From Bacteroidales bacterium (GTDB lineage Bacteria; Bacteroidota; Bacteroidia; Bacteroidales; GWF2-38-335): DNA of 64,000 bases. Shown here in pieces: positions 18,969 through 29,020 of the stretch. The stretch covers positions 482 through 64,481 of the forward strand of contig JAFGXD010000029.1 in NCBI GenBank assembly GCA_016936815.1. The letters run 5' to 3'. The translations under genes and the position numbers were made by a program. The first letter of the stretch is position 1. Each line of letters starts with the position of its first letter. A model generated the notes under the pieces. The model did not search any database. It was not told where the DNA came from and worked only from the letters and a program-made list of their open reading frames with translations.

Positions 18969-19544
18969 TTAATTATCCATTTTTGTTACACCTCCAGAAA
19001 CAATAAACTTCATGGCATCGGATGTTGGAATATTAAGTTTTGTAATGTTTTCGGCAGGCACAATGCATAAATCACCCATAAAAGTAAAAGCATAAGGGAA
19101 ATAAACAGCTACTTTATTGCCGGGAATTCCTAAATCAGATAAATCTTTTTGGGTTACAAATCCAATTTTTTCGACATTAGATCCATAAATCTGAACTAAA
19201 ACAGGGTTTTTGAATTTCTTGTCCTTGCCCAAAAAGGCTCCCAAAACATCTTTAATAGAGGAGTATACAAATTTTACAAATGGGGTTCTTTTAATTATCT
19301 GTTCAAAAAGTGAAATTAAAGGTTGAGCAATAATTGTTCTTCCTAAATATCCTAAAAGGGTTATTATTACAATAATTGCAACAATACCGTACCAACTTCC
19401 ATATTCAAAATATTGGTCGAAATAATTGGCAAGAAATAAATAAATTTGAAAAATCAAATAGGTCGTTATTCCAATTGGAGTAAGGTATAACAATCCTTGC
19501 AGGAAATACTTAACAAATCTTCTAATGTATACTAAAGTTCTCAT
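18969..19544 (-). CDS. DUF502 family membrane protein
   Basis: FLQGLL..PI, P.VK.VYSSIKD, IGFVT and AMKFIVSGG motifs. Confidence 0.88.
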   Translation of the reverse strand: MRTLVYIRRFVKYFLQGLLYLTPIGITTYLIFQIYLFLANYFDQYFEYGSWYGIVAIIVIITLLGYLGRTIIAQPLISLFEQIIKRTPFVKFVYSSIKDVLGAFLGKDKKFKNPVLVQIYGSNVEKIGFVTQKDLSDLGIPGNKVAVYFPYAFTFMGDLCIVPAENITKLNIPTSDAMKFIVSGGVTKMDN

Positions 19545-19562
19545 AATAAATTAAATATTATT

Positions 19563-19919
19563 TCAAAAGTTATTTTTTAACTCTAATTTTTTATTATTTG
19601 GTAAACTGTTATAAATTAAAGAATAAGAATCATCAATCCATTCTCTAAGTAGCTGTTTACTAATACTTCCATCAATATTTACGGTATTCCAATGAGTCTT
19701 ATTCATATGATAACCAGGTTTTACAGCATCATAAGTTTCTCTAAGTTGAATGGCTAATTCCGGATTACATTTAAGATTTATTCCGTAAGGCTCATCAAGA
19801 CTTATTAATGCAAACATTTTATTGCCAACTTTCATTACTAATGTAACATCGTCGAAAGGAAAACTCTCGGTAACACCGGGTTTGGACAGGCAATAATTTC
19901 TAAGATCTTCCACATTCAT
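19563..19919 (-). CDS. MmcQ/YjbR family DNA-binding protein
   Basis: FPFD..TLVMKVGNKMFAL, NLKC and PGYHMNKTHWN motifs. Confidence 0.92.
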   Translation of the reverse strand: MNVEDLRNYCLSKPGVTESFPFDDVTLVMKVGNKMFALISLDEPYGINLKCNPELAIQLRETYDAVKPGYHMNKTHWNTVNIDGSISKQLLREWIDDSYSLIYNSLPNNKKLELKNNF

Positions 19920-19921
19920 AT

Positions 19922-20287
19922 TTAAGCAGTTAAAGGATGAAAAGCATTAACAATATGTTCAATTATTGCTTTATTGTTTTTTCGCACTATTGAAATAATA
20001 TCAAATCTTACATCTTCCTTAATTGCATTTCTGTTTATGTAAGCCTGTGCTGCAAATAATAGGTTTTGTCGTTTTTTATAATTTACTGCCTCCTTAGGTT
20101 CATGAAAAACATTTGTTGAACGAGTTTTTACTTCAAAGAAAACAATTGTATTATCTTTTTTTCCAATAATATCTATTTCTTTATGACCAAAGTTCCAGTT
20201 TTTTTCGATAATCTCATATCCTTTATCAATCAGATAATCAATAGATTCATTCTCGCCAGCTTTTCCCAATGCTATTTTGTCAGTCAT
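19922..20287 (-). CDS. yraN: YraN family (UPF0102) putative endonuclease
   Basis: LGKAGE, EIDII, FEVKTR and RFDII motifs. Confidence 0.9.
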   Translation of the reverse strand: MTDKIALGKAGENESIDYLIDKGYEIIEKNWNFGHKEIDIIGKKDNTIVFFEVKTRSTNVFHEPKEAVNYKKRQNLLFAAQAYINRNAIKEDVRFDIISIVRKNNKAIIEHIVNAFHPLTA

Positions 20288-20403
20288 TTTTTTACTTTTT
20301 TTGTAATTTCTTTGAAACTTTAGTTATCCATTGCCGTATAATTACTAGTTTTGCGGACTTTTTGCAAAGAAATATAATTTTTGACCAAATTATTTCAAAG
20401 ATA

Positions 20404-21078
20404 ATGATATTATTACGACCTACAATAATTTATTTTATTTTCTTGTTTTTGTGCTTTTCAGCTTATACCCAGCCGAGAGTAAATCCGCAGCAACCGGAAG
20501 TTAATAAGCCTGTTTTCGAGGGAAGTATTAAATGTGTTCAACAATCTAAAGTTGACACTGTTTATTATACTTTTTATGTTAAAGATAAGAAAGTTAGGGT
20601 TGATGAAATAAATAATGGAATTGATAATAGTCTAATTTTCGATTTAGACAAGAAAACAATTGTAGCACTTAGTCCTCAGAAAAAGCTTTATATGAACATT
20701 CCAACCACTCCTTATGTGGATGGAGAAAACGAAAATTTCAATATTATTAAATCAAACAATTCTAAAATAATTAATGGTTACAAGTGCTATCAGTGGAGGG
20801 TTAGAAATACAGAGCAAAATACAGAAATAGCTTATTGGGTTGCTTACGATAATTTCGAGTTTTTTGAAGAATTTCTAAAGCTTTGGAATAAAAGAGAAAA
20901 ACAATTTACTTTTTTTCTCAAAATTCCGGATATTTCAGGAGTATTTCCTATGCAGCAGGTGGAAAGAACCCTTCTTCGGGATGAACGTTGTAGACAAGAG
21001 GTGGTTTCTGTAGAAAAAAAAGAAATTAAGGATGATATTTTTGCAATTCCAAAAGATTTTAAGAACTACGATCACTAA
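20404..21078 (+). CDS. DUF4412-like exported protein
   Basis: Signal peptide from ATG 20404; FEG.I, K.INGYKC and F.IPKDF motifs. TAGTTTTG -7 box at 20346-20353. Confidence 0.75.
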   Translation: MILLRPTIIYFIFLFLCFSAYTQPRVNPQQPEVNKPVFEGSIKCVQQSKVDTVYYTFYVKDKKVRVDEINNGIDNSLIFDLDKKTIVALSPQKKLYMNIPTTPYVDGENENFNIIKSNNSKIINGYKCYQWRVRNTEQNTEIAYWVAYDNFEFFEEFLKLWNKREKQFTFFLKIPDISGVFPMQQVERTLLRDERCRQEVVSVEKKEIKDDIFAIPKDFKNYDH

Positions 21079-21979
21079 ATTTTAATTGAACTTTCTCTTT
21101 TTCAACTATTAGATCTATTTTCCTTCCCATAATTAATGCAATATTTGGTTCCTTATGTCCAACAGGAAACTCAAAACAAACGGGATAATTATATTCAGAA
21201 ACAGCCTCAGATATTATTTCACAGGCATCTTTGCCAAAAGGTACAAGATTATCGCTCATGTTTGTCATTCCTCCAACAATCAGTCCTTTTAGTTTGCTTA
21301 ATTTACCTGAGACTTTCAAATTCCATATCATTCTATCTATATGGTAAAGGTATTCATCCAAATCTTCAATAAATAGAATTTTGCCATCAGTATCTAAATC
21401 GAAGGAGGTTCCTCTTACACTATAAAGAACAGAAAGATTTCCACCAACTAAAATACCATCTGTGTTGCCAATAATATTTCTTTCGTTTCCTTCAATATCA
21501 TTATATTGCGGAGCCTTTCCAAATAATGCCGATTTTAAACTATCTGTTGAAATTGTATCTTTGCCGTTATAAGAAAAATTTATCGGCATGGTGGCATGCA
21601 TTGTTTCAATTCCAAGTTTTTGATGAATATATGTATGCAAAACAGTTACATCACTATATCCAATTATCCATTTAGGTTTTTTGCTGAATTTAGTGAAATC
21701 AAGTTTTTCAATTATTCTAACCGTCCCATAACCGCCTCTACCACAAATTATTGCAGAAATATTATCATCATCCAGAAGGCTTTGAAAAGATTTTGCTCTC
21801 AATTCATCATTACCTGCAAATTGATTATCGGCTTTATCAATATTATCAGCAAAAACCACTTTTAATCCCCATTCACTAAGTTTATCTATTGCCGGTTTTA
21901 ATTCAATACTTGAAATCTTTCTGGCTGTTGCAGCTATTCCAATTGTGTCACCCTGTTTTAGAAAATTTGGTCTAATCAT
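21059..21979 (-). CDS. ldcA: LD-carboxypeptidase (peptidase S66)
   Basis: RGGYG, IGYSDVT (Ser nucleophile), GGNLS, LFIED and FPVGH. Start at ATG 21979 (MIRPNFLK). Confidence 0.88.
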   Translation of the reverse strand: MIRPNFLKQGDTIGIAATARKISSIELKPAIDKLSEWGLKVVFADNIDKADNQFAGNDELRAKSFQSLLDDDNISAIICGRGGYGTVRIIEKLDFTKFSKKPKWIIGYSDVTVLHTYIHQKLGIETMHATMPINFSYNGKDTISTDSLKSALFGKAPQYNDIEGNERNIIGNTDGILVGGNLSVLYSVRGTSFDLDTDGKILFIEDLDEYLYHIDRMIWNLKVSGKLSKLKGLIVGGMTNMSDNLVPFGKDACEIISEAVSEYNYPVCFEFPVGHKEPNIALIMGRKIDLIVEKEKVQLKFSDRSS

Positions 21980-22003
21980 TAATTCATTGTTGTTTTGATT
22001 ATT

Positions 22004-22011
22004 TATCTTTG
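22004..22011 (+). promoter_or_regulatory. -7 box TATCTTTG upstream of metG
   Basis: TAnnTTTG consensus about 40 nt before the ATG. Confidence 0.55.
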
Positions 22012-22050
22012 CCAAAATATAAATAATTTTAATGATAACCATATTTAAAC

Positions 22051-24093
22051 ATGAAAAATTTTAAAAGACATACAATTACAGCAGCACTTCCTTATGCTAA
22101 CGGCCCAGTTCATATTGGTCATTTGGCCGGTGTTTATGTGCCTGCAGATATTTTTTCGCGTTACTTAAGGCTAAAGGGAGAAGATGTTCTTTTTGTATGT
22201 GGATCCGATGAACATGGAGTGCCCATTACTTTAAAAGCCAGACAGGAAAATACTACACCCCAGAATATTGTTGATCGTTATCATTCTATTATTAAGAATT
22301 CTTTTGAAAAATTTGGTATTTCTACTGATATTTATTCAAGAACTTCTTCACCAACTCATCATACAACTTCTTCAAATTTCTTCAAGAAATTATACGATGA
22401 TGGTTTGTTTGTTGAAAAAACTTCAGATCAATTTTACGATGAAGATGCAAAACAATTTTTAGCAGACCGTTATATTACCGGCACTTGTCCCCATTGTAGC
22501 AACGATAGAGCTTATGGCGATCAGTGTGAAAATTGTGGTACCAGTCTAAATGCAACAGACCTTATTAATCCTGTTTCAACTATATCAGGTTCTAAGCCCA
22601 TAATGAAAGAAACAAAGCACTGGTATTTGCCCTTGGAAAATTATGAAGACTTTTTAAAAAAATGGATACTTGATGATCATAAGGATTGGAAACCAAATGT
22701 TTATGGACAGTGTAAATCGTGGCTAGATCAGGGTTTGCAAGCTAGAGCAGTAAGTAGAGATTTAGATTGGGGAGTTCCTGTTCCTGTTAAAAATGCCGAT
22801 GGAAAAGTGCTTTACGTTTGGTTCGATGCGCCAATCGGTTATATTTCAAATACTATTGAATGGGCCGAAAAAAATAATAAGAATTGGGAAGATTATTGGA
22901 AGTCGGAACAAACAAGGCTGATTCATTTTATTGGAAAAGATAACATTGTGTTTCATTGTATTATTTTTCCCGCAATGCTAAAGGCTCATGGCGATTTTAT
23001 TCTTCCCGATAATGTTCCTGCCAACGAATTTTTAAATCTTGAAGGCGACAAAATCTCAACATCCCGTAATTGGGCTGTTTGGTTACACGAATACTTGGAG
23101 GATTTTCCGGGACAGCAAGATGTGCTTAGATATGTGCTTTGCGCTGGAGCTCCAGAAACAAAAGATAACGATTTTACATGGAAAGACTTTCAGGCAAGAA
23201 ATAACAATGAACTTGTTGCAATACTTGGAAATTTTATTAACAGAGCATTGGTGCTAACACAAAAATATTACGACGGAAAAGTGCCGGAAAGAGGTAGTTT
23301 GAATGATTTCGACAAGGATACTCTTAATCAATTAAAAGATTGCAAAGCTAAAATTGAAACTCAATTGGATCAATTTCGATTTAGAGAGGCATTGAAAGAG
23401 GCAATGAATGTGGCTCGTTTAGGTAACAAATATCTTGCAGATTCTGAGCCTTGGAAAATTATTAAAACTAATCCCGAAAGAGTAAAAACAATACTTAATA
23501 TTTCTTTGCAAATTTCCGCAAATCTTGCCATTATTTTCGAACCTTTTCTTCCTTTTACTTCAGAAAAAATAAGAAAATTTCTAAATTTGGAAATAGCAGG
23601 ATGGAATTTACTAGGCAACGATAACATTTTAAACCCCGGTGATAATATTGGAACACCGGAATTGCTATTTTCAAAAATTGAAGATAGTCAAATTGAAGTT
23701 CAGATTGAGAAGCTTATGAAAACTAAAGCCATTAATGCTGCAAATACAAAACAAGTGCCTGTTAAAGAGGCGATTAATTTTGAAACTTTTTCCGGGATGG
23801 ATTTAAGGGTGGGTACTATTATTGAAGCTGAAAAGGTGCCAAAAACAAAAAAGCTCCTGAAACTGAAAATAGATACAGGTATTGACCAAAGAACGGTTGT
23901 TTCGGGAATAGCAGAATTTCATAATCCTGAAAAAATTATTGGAAAGCAAGTAACATTATTACTTAACCTCGAACCAAGAAACATCAAGGGAATTGAATCT
24001 CAGGGTATGATTTTAATGGCTGAAAATTCTGATGGAGAATTGATTTTTGTTTCACCGACACAACTAGTAATTAATGGAGCTGCCGTGAAATAA
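22051..24093 (+). CDS. metG: Methionine--tRNA ligase
   Basis: [28 protein letters not shown] (KMSKS variant), and C-terminal tRNA-binding domain. Confidence 0.98.
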   Translation: MKNFKRHTITAALPYANGPVHIGHLAGVYVPADIFSRYLRLKGEDVLFVCGSDEHGVPITLKARQENTTPQNIVDRYHSIIKNSFEKFGISTDIYSRTSSPTHHTTSSNFFKKLYDDGLFVEKTSDQFYDEDAKQFLADRYITGTCPHCSNDRAYGDQCENCGTSLNATDLINPVSTISGSKPIMKETKHWYLPLENYEDFLKKWILDDHKDWKPNVYGQCKSWLDQGLQARAVSRDLDWGVPVPVKNADGKVLYVWFDAPIGYISNTIEWAEKNNKNWEDYWKSEQTRLIHFIGKDNIVFHCIIFPAMLKAHGDFILPDNVPANEFLNLEGDKISTSRNWAVWLHEYLEDFPGQQDVLRYVLCAGAPETKDNDFTWKDFQARNNNELVAILGNFINRALVLTQKYYDGKVPERGSLNDFDKDTLNQLKDCKAKIETQLDQFRFREALKEAMNVARLGNKYLADSEPWKIIKTNPERVKTILNISLQISANLAIIFEPFLPFTSEKIRKFLNLEIAGWNLLGNDNILNPGDNIGTPELLFSKIEDSQIEVQIEKLMKTKAINAANTKQVPVKEAINFETFSGMDLRVGTIIEAEKVPKTKKLLKLKIDTGIDQRTVVSGIAEFHNPEKIIGKQVTLLLNLEPRNIKGIESQGMILMAENSDGELIFVSPTQLVINGAAVK

Positions 24094-24113
24094 TGATTTA
24101 TTGATGCAAAACT

Positions 24114-25499
24114 TTAATAACCGTAGTAGTTTCTAAAGAAATTTTCTAAGTATCTGCTGTTTACTTTTTTACCAATTATTTCTTTATTTTTGTTAAGCAA
24201 ATAAATTGTAGGGGTAATATCAACAAAATACAAGTATTGGTAATTAGAAATATTATCGGAATCCCAAGTGTTTATCCAATTTAGGTCATTTTCCTCTATA
24301 TAGTTAATCCACTCTTCTTTATCTGTATTTGTATTTACGGCATAAACTTCAATTCCTGATTTTTGATATTTTTGGTACAGTTTATTTATGGCTGGAACTT
24401 CCGTTTTACAAAAACCACAATCGGGTTCATAAAACAACAAAATTGTAAAATCGGCATTTACCTGATGAAGAGAAAAATACTCGCCGGAAGTAGATTCAAG
24501 TACCAGATTTTTGCCAATACTTCCATATTGATTAGGTACGTTTCTAATAAGTTTTTCCCTTATATAAAGGTTGTTTAAGGAGTCGGTTTGAATTTTTTCT
24601 GTAAGGTAAAATTCACCGGCAATTTCCATAAAAACCTTTTCCATAGACATGTTTCCGGTATGTTCCTGGAAGTCTAATATAAAATTTCCGGTATATTCTC
24701 TAAAAACCGGATAATCTTCAAGCTTATTAAGCAGGAATCTTGCACCTTCTATAATACTATCAGGATGCATAGTGTAATAACCTGTAAAATAGCTATATAT
24801 TCTTTTAAAGTATATTGAACTATTAAGTAAACCGTTTTCAGAAAAATCAATATTGTCGAAAAAATGCTTTTGATAATATTCATTAATTAATGCCGAATCC
24901 CTTGTAGATGAAATGTTTTCAGGAATTTCTACTTCCACCATTGCCATAATTATTTTTGAAAAAAAAGTGCCTGAATTAGTAGTTAGAATTTCTTTCCAGC
25001 CGGCTTCGTTTTGCTGAAAAATTTTTTCAGATTCTTCTTCAATTAATATTAAAGAATCCATGTTATTAATATTTTGTTTACGCCTTGTTTCAAGATTTTT
25101 TCTTTTTTTAAACTGGCTCATCATAAATCGCTGATAATTATTGAAAATAAGATTTTCTTTACAGCCTTTTGTTTTCATATTATAAACAAAATCTTCAACA
25201 TTTGTTTGAAGACTAAATCTCTTAGAATCGGCAACAAGAAATTCAAAATAATAGTGGTTTGGAACAACGGCAAGATAAATTCCTTTTTTTAATTCTGTAT
25301 TCCCTTTGTAAACTGCCTTACCTTTCTTATTGGTTCTTATAGTATCTATTAAAATTCTTTCATTTCCATAATGATGCCCAAGGTAAATTTCGGAATTGTT
25401 GGCTCCTTTTATTTTGAATTTAATTTCAAATTGTGAAAAACTTGACAAATTAATGATAATAATACAGTGAAGTAGCAATAATTTTGTCTTGAACATCAT
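24114..25499 (-). CDS. Exported TlpA-like thioredoxin/redoxin domain protein
   Basis: Signal peptide and C-terminal FYEPDCGFC (CxxC) ... TPTIYLL thioredoxin fold. Confidence 0.85.
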   Translation of the reverse strand: MMFKTKLLLLHCIIIINLSSFSQFEIKFKIKGANNSEIYLGHHYGNERILIDTIRTNKKGKAVYKGNTELKKGIYLAVVPNHYYFEFLVADSKRFSLQTNVEDFVYNMKTKGCKENLIFNNYQRFMMSQFKKRKNLETRRKQNINNMDSLILIEEESEKIFQQNEAGWKEILTTNSGTFFSKIIMAMVEVEIPENISSTRDSALINEYYQKHFFDNIDFSENGLLNSSIYFKRIYSYFTGYYTMHPDSIIEGARFLLNKLEDYPVFREYTGNFILDFQEHTGNMSMEKVFMEIAGEFYLTEKIQTDSLNNLYIREKLIRNVPNQYGSIGKNLVLESTSGEYFSLHQVNADFTILLFYEPDCGFCKTEVPAINKLYQKYQKSGIEVYAVNTNTDKEEWINYIEENDLNWINTWDSDNISNYQYLYFVDITPTIYLLNKNKEIIGKKVNSRYLENFFRNYYGY

Positions 25500-26614
25500 A
25501 ATAACTCAACAATTTTGGCTGCATTTTGAAAGTTAAGAAAACCTGAATTTAGAATTTCAGTCCTACTTTCAACCTGCATTTTGGTGAATGTAATGGAAAA
25601 TAGTCTCTTAATTTCTTCAGCAATTTCTTGCGCAGAATCTTTAATGGAACAAAGGCTTTCAAGACCTGTATTATCAACCATATCGTGGTTTACAATACAA
25701 TGACGACCAGAAAATAAAGCTGCTATTAATTTTAGTTTTATTCCGGTTGATTGAAACGTGGGAAGTACATTAATTTGTGCATTTTCAATTAATTGACTCA
25801 TTCGCTGGTTTGAAGGATTTGCAATTATTTCGTAATCCCGAAGGTGTTTTGAAGCATTTGCAAAAATAGATTTATCAGGATTTTTACCTGCAATTTTTAC
25901 AGGAATGCCTTTTATCTTGCTAAAAACATTTTCAATAAGGAAGTTAGCCGCTTTGCAGTTTTCAGCTACCGATAAATTCCCATGGTAAAGAACGTAATTT
26001 CCTCTTCCTTCTTTTGATTTTACTTTTTCGTTCGGGTGAAAAGCCGGTACAAATAAAGAGTTTTGGTATAGATTATTGAAATGAGTATGGTCGTTTGGCG
26101 AAATTGACAAGACACAATTTGCCATTACAAGTATTCTTTCAAACTTTTCGAGTTTTGAGGCTTCTTTTTTAAAGAAAAATCTCTCCTTAAATTTATTTTC
26201 AATACCGGCAAGTTGCCTGTAATAATGATGTTCAACATTATGAGCTCTTACAATTTTTAATCGATCTTCAAGTAATCCATTGTTTAAAATGCCACATGTA
26301 TGTAAGCCTTCAAAAAGAACTGGAAACTTGTCGTTTGCTAAATTTTGTAATAATATGTCTGAAATTCTAGTATTTACAATATATGGAGTTTTACTAATGA
26401 AGTATTTCAATCCGGATTTTCTTTTGTAATAATAGACTTTTTTACAAAAACTTTCCAGAATTTCAGCCTTTGGCCTTCCATATTCAAAACAATGAAGAAT
26501 AATTTCTACACCTGCTTTGTGTAAACTTTCAAGTTTATAGAAAACGTCTATAACTCCACCATAATCAGCAGGGTAGGGGACATTAAAAGAAACAATATGT
26601 AGATGTTTTTTCAA
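25496..26614 (-). CDS. GT-B fold glycosyltransferase (GT4-like)
   Basis: VPYPADYGGVIDVFYK, HNVEH and TGIKLKL motifs; TTG start. Confidence 0.82.
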   Translation of the reverse strand: MKKHLHIVSFNVPYPADYGGVIDVFYKLESLHKAGVEIILHCFEYGRPKAEILESFCKKVYYYKRKSGLKYFISKTPYIVNTRISDILLQNLANDKFPVLFEGLHTCGILNNGLLEDRLKIVRAHNVEHHYYRQLAGIENKFKERFFFKKEASKLEKFERILVMANCVLSISPNDHTHFNNLYQNSLFVPAFHPNEKVKSKEGRGNYVLYHGNLSVAENCKAANFLIENVFSKIKGIPVKIAGKNPDKSIFANASKHLRDYEIIANPSNQRMSQLIENAQINVLPTFQSTGIKLKLIAALFSGRHCIVNHDMVDNTGLESLCSIKDSAQEIAEEIKRLFSITFTKMQVESRTEILNSGFLNFQNAAKIVELL

Positions 26615-26733
26615 AAAAATAAATTAAACTCAAACTTATTATTTTTTTTGGTATTGATGTTAATAAAACATGAAAAATATTGATTATTAGATATTATTTA
26701 ATATTTTTACTTTTAAATCAAACATTTTCAGCT

Positions 26734-27042
26734 ATGAGAAAAATATTATTGTGCTAAATATGTGCGATATTTTCATTACTGTCTCCTTCGCAGGTGTTTT
26801 TAAAAGGTCAGTTTTTGGAATTAGGCATTCATTCATGTGGCTCATATGGAAGTGATGTTGCTGCTCCCCCCGATTTTCATCCAACAAACGGCAATTTGGG
26901 TTTTGTATATGATTATACGCTTGACGGATGGACAATAGGAACCCCTCCATTTATGGGAGATTATTTTGTTAGGTTTAACAATGGTAGTGAGCTAAATACT
27001 AAAAAGATTTTTAAAATTAACTTTAAGATTAACCTAAACTAG
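26734..27042 (+). pseudogene. Remnant of a secreted T9SS protein gene (premature stop and probable large internal deletion)
   Basis: ATG 26734 begins a signal-peptide-like stretch broken by in-frame TAA at 26755. The frame continues VFLKGQFLELGIHSCGSYG...GDYF directly into a CTD-like tail VRFNNGSELNTKKIFK. Confidence 0.6.
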
Positions 27043-27168
27043 AAGATTAAAAATTAAAAGAAAGTAGATAAAGCTATATTTTTTATTTATACTATTGAAT
27101 AATATTTTACAACACTTCTGTTGAAAAAACAATTATAATAACTATTTTTACATCAGAAAAATACTTTT

Positions 27169-27231
27169 ATGGTACACTGGATTCTTAACTTCATTATATG
27201 TATCAATCGTGCAGGGCTTTTTTGCTGTTAG
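27169..27231 (+). other. Possible 20-aa leader peptide (MVHWILNFIICINRAGLFCC)
   Basis: ATG 27169 to TAG 27231, ending 73 nt upstream of the ammonia-lyase start. Translation is unproven. Confidence 0.25.
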
Positions 27232-27298
27232 CTGTTAGCTCTTAGCTGAGGTAAATAAAACTCAAAACTCAAAACTCAAAACTTAAAACTTAAAACTT
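27224..27298. repeat. Two heptamer tandem arrays
   Basis: GCTGTTA-GCTGTTA-GCTCTTA-GCTG at 27224-27248, and (AAAACTC)3(AAAACTT)3 at 27257-27298. Confidence 0.92.
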
Positions 27299-27304
27299 AT
27301 AATA

Positions 27305-28843
27305 ATGGATACTTTAATTATAAAAGGTGCCGGATTAACAATTTATGATGTTGTTAATGTTGCAAGACACGGACAAAAAGTTGCTTTAGCTCCTGAAGCT
27401 GTTGAAAGAATTAATGTTTGTCGTGCAATGCTTGAAAAAAAGATTGTTGCAGGAGAAATAATGTACGGAGTAAACACCGGAATTGGTGAGTTTTCGGAAG
27501 TTGTTTTAAACGACGATCAAGTAAAAGATTTTCAAAAATATCTGGTATACAACCATGCTGCCGGTATTGGCGACCCTGCTCCAATTGAATATGTTCGCGG
27601 CGCTATGCTTGGTAGAATTAACGTGCATGCTCACGGAAATTCAGGTTGTAGAATTGAAATAACTCAAACTTTGGTCGATATGCTAAACAAAGGCGTAACA
27701 CCTTTTGTTTGTCAGAAAGGCTCTGTTGGAGCATGTGGAGATTTGGCACCAATGTCGCAAATTGCTCTTTTAATGATGGGTGAGGGAAAGGCATACTACA
27801 AAGGCGAATTACTTGAAGGAAAAGATGCTTTAGAAAAAGCAGGAATACCTGTTCCTGGATTAATGGCACGTGACGGGCTAGCTACAATTAACGGCTCTAA
27901 TGTGCTTACTGCTATGTCGGCAATATTTTTAGTTGACGCTAATAACTGGCTAAAACAAGCCGAAATAGCAGCCTCTATGTCGCTTGAGGCTCTTAAAGCA
28001 AATATGAAACCTTATACAAAATTACTTCATGAAGTTCGTGGTTTTAAAGGAGCTGTTCGTTCAGCCGAAGCAATTAATAAATGTGTTTCCGGTGGCGACC
28101 TTAAAGAGGGTAGAGTAAAATGTAAAGTTCAGGATGCTTATTCAATGCGTTCAACACCTCAGGTTATTGGTGCTGCTCACGATGCCTTGGCTTATGCTCG
28201 TTCTCAGGTAGAAATTGAACTTAACGGTGTTGGCGATAACCCAATTTTCTTCCCCGACAAAAATCTTCAACTGTCAGGAGCAAACTTCCAGGGTAGTCCT
28301 GTTGCTGTTCCTATGGACATGGCAGGTTATTGTATTACAATGGTTTCCGTTCTTTCAGAAAGAAGAATGAACAGACTTAACAATCCTGCTTTAAGTGTTG
28401 GTTTACCTGCATTTTTAACTAAAGGAGCCGGAATGTTTTCAGGCCTTATGCTTTCTCAGTACACTGCCGATATGATGATTGTTGAACAACGTATTCTTAG
28501 TGCGCCGGCTTCTGTTCAGTCAATTCCGGCCGCTGCCGATCAGGAAGATTTTGTTTCAATGGGAATGAATACTGCCATTAAAAACTTCCAGATTCTTGAT
28601 AATGCCTATGGTATTTTGGGTATTGAATATATGGCTGCAGCTCAGGCTTTAGATTTCAGAAAGGAAGAATACAGCTTCGGAAAAGGAGTTCAGGCTGCTA
28701 AAGATGTTATTAGGAAACATGTTGATTTTCTTGACATTGATAGACCTCTGTATCCTGACCATACTGCAATGAAAGAACTGGTTAAATCTTGTGAAATTCT
28801 TACTGCCGTTGAAAAAGCTGTTGGAAGTTTGGAAGAATATTAG
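27305..28843 (+). CDS. Histidine/aromatic amino acid ammonia-lyase family enzyme (MIO-type) with atypical Ala-Cys-Gly triad
   Basis: YGVNTG, GSVGACGDLAP, ING, VQDAYSMR..PQV, DNP, GANF and QEDFVSMG motifs. Confidence 0.92.
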   Translation: MDTLIIKGAGLTIYDVVNVARHGQKVALAPEAVERINVCRAMLEKKIVAGEIMYGVNTGIGEFSEVVLNDDQVKDFQKYLVYNHAAGIGDPAPIEYVRGAMLGRINVHAHGNSGCRIEITQTLVDMLNKGVTPFVCQKGSVGACGDLAPMSQIALLMMGEGKAYYKGELLEGKDALEKAGIPVPGLMARDGLATINGSNVLTAMSAIFLVDANNWLKQAEIAASMSLEALKANMKPYTKLLHEVRGFKGAVRSAEAINKCVSGGDLKEGRVKCKVQDAYSMRSTPQVIGAAHDALAYARSQVEIELNGVGDNPIFFPDKNLQLSGANFQGSPVAVPMDMAGYCITMVSVLSERRMNRLNNPALSVGLPAFLTKGAGMFSGLMLSQYTADMMIVEQRILSAPASVQSIPAAADQEDFVSMGMNTAIKNFQILDNAYGILGIEYMAAAQALDFRKEEYSFGKGVQAAKDVIRKHVDFLDIDRPLYPDHTAMKELVKSCEILTAVEKAVGSLEEY

Positions 28844-28867
28844 TAAAAAAGCAAAAAGAATATTTTT

Positions 28868-28896
28868 AGGGATGGCTTAGGCTATTCCTTTTTTTT
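28868..28896 (+). terminator. Rho-independent terminator
   Basis: AGGGATGGC...GCTATTCCT stem (with G-U pairs) followed by a T run. Confidence 0.7.
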
Positions 28897-29020
28897 GTCA
28901 CCAATTTTTAAATGAAAACCCGTATAATCTGTTGTTTTGACAAAAAAACCGTATTAATTGCACAACATGTAATACTTTTATATATTTTTATTCCGAAAAA
29001 TAATCAAAAAAACATCTAGT

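Noticed and set aside
20269-20403. N-terminal extension of the DUF4412-like ORF overlapping yraN
   Set aside because: A -7 promoter box at 20346 and a signal peptide starting at ATG 20404 indicate the later start.
21059-21078. Convergent 3' overlaps (here and at 3846-3863)
   Set aside because: Short tail-to-tail overlaps are common in compact bacterial genomes.
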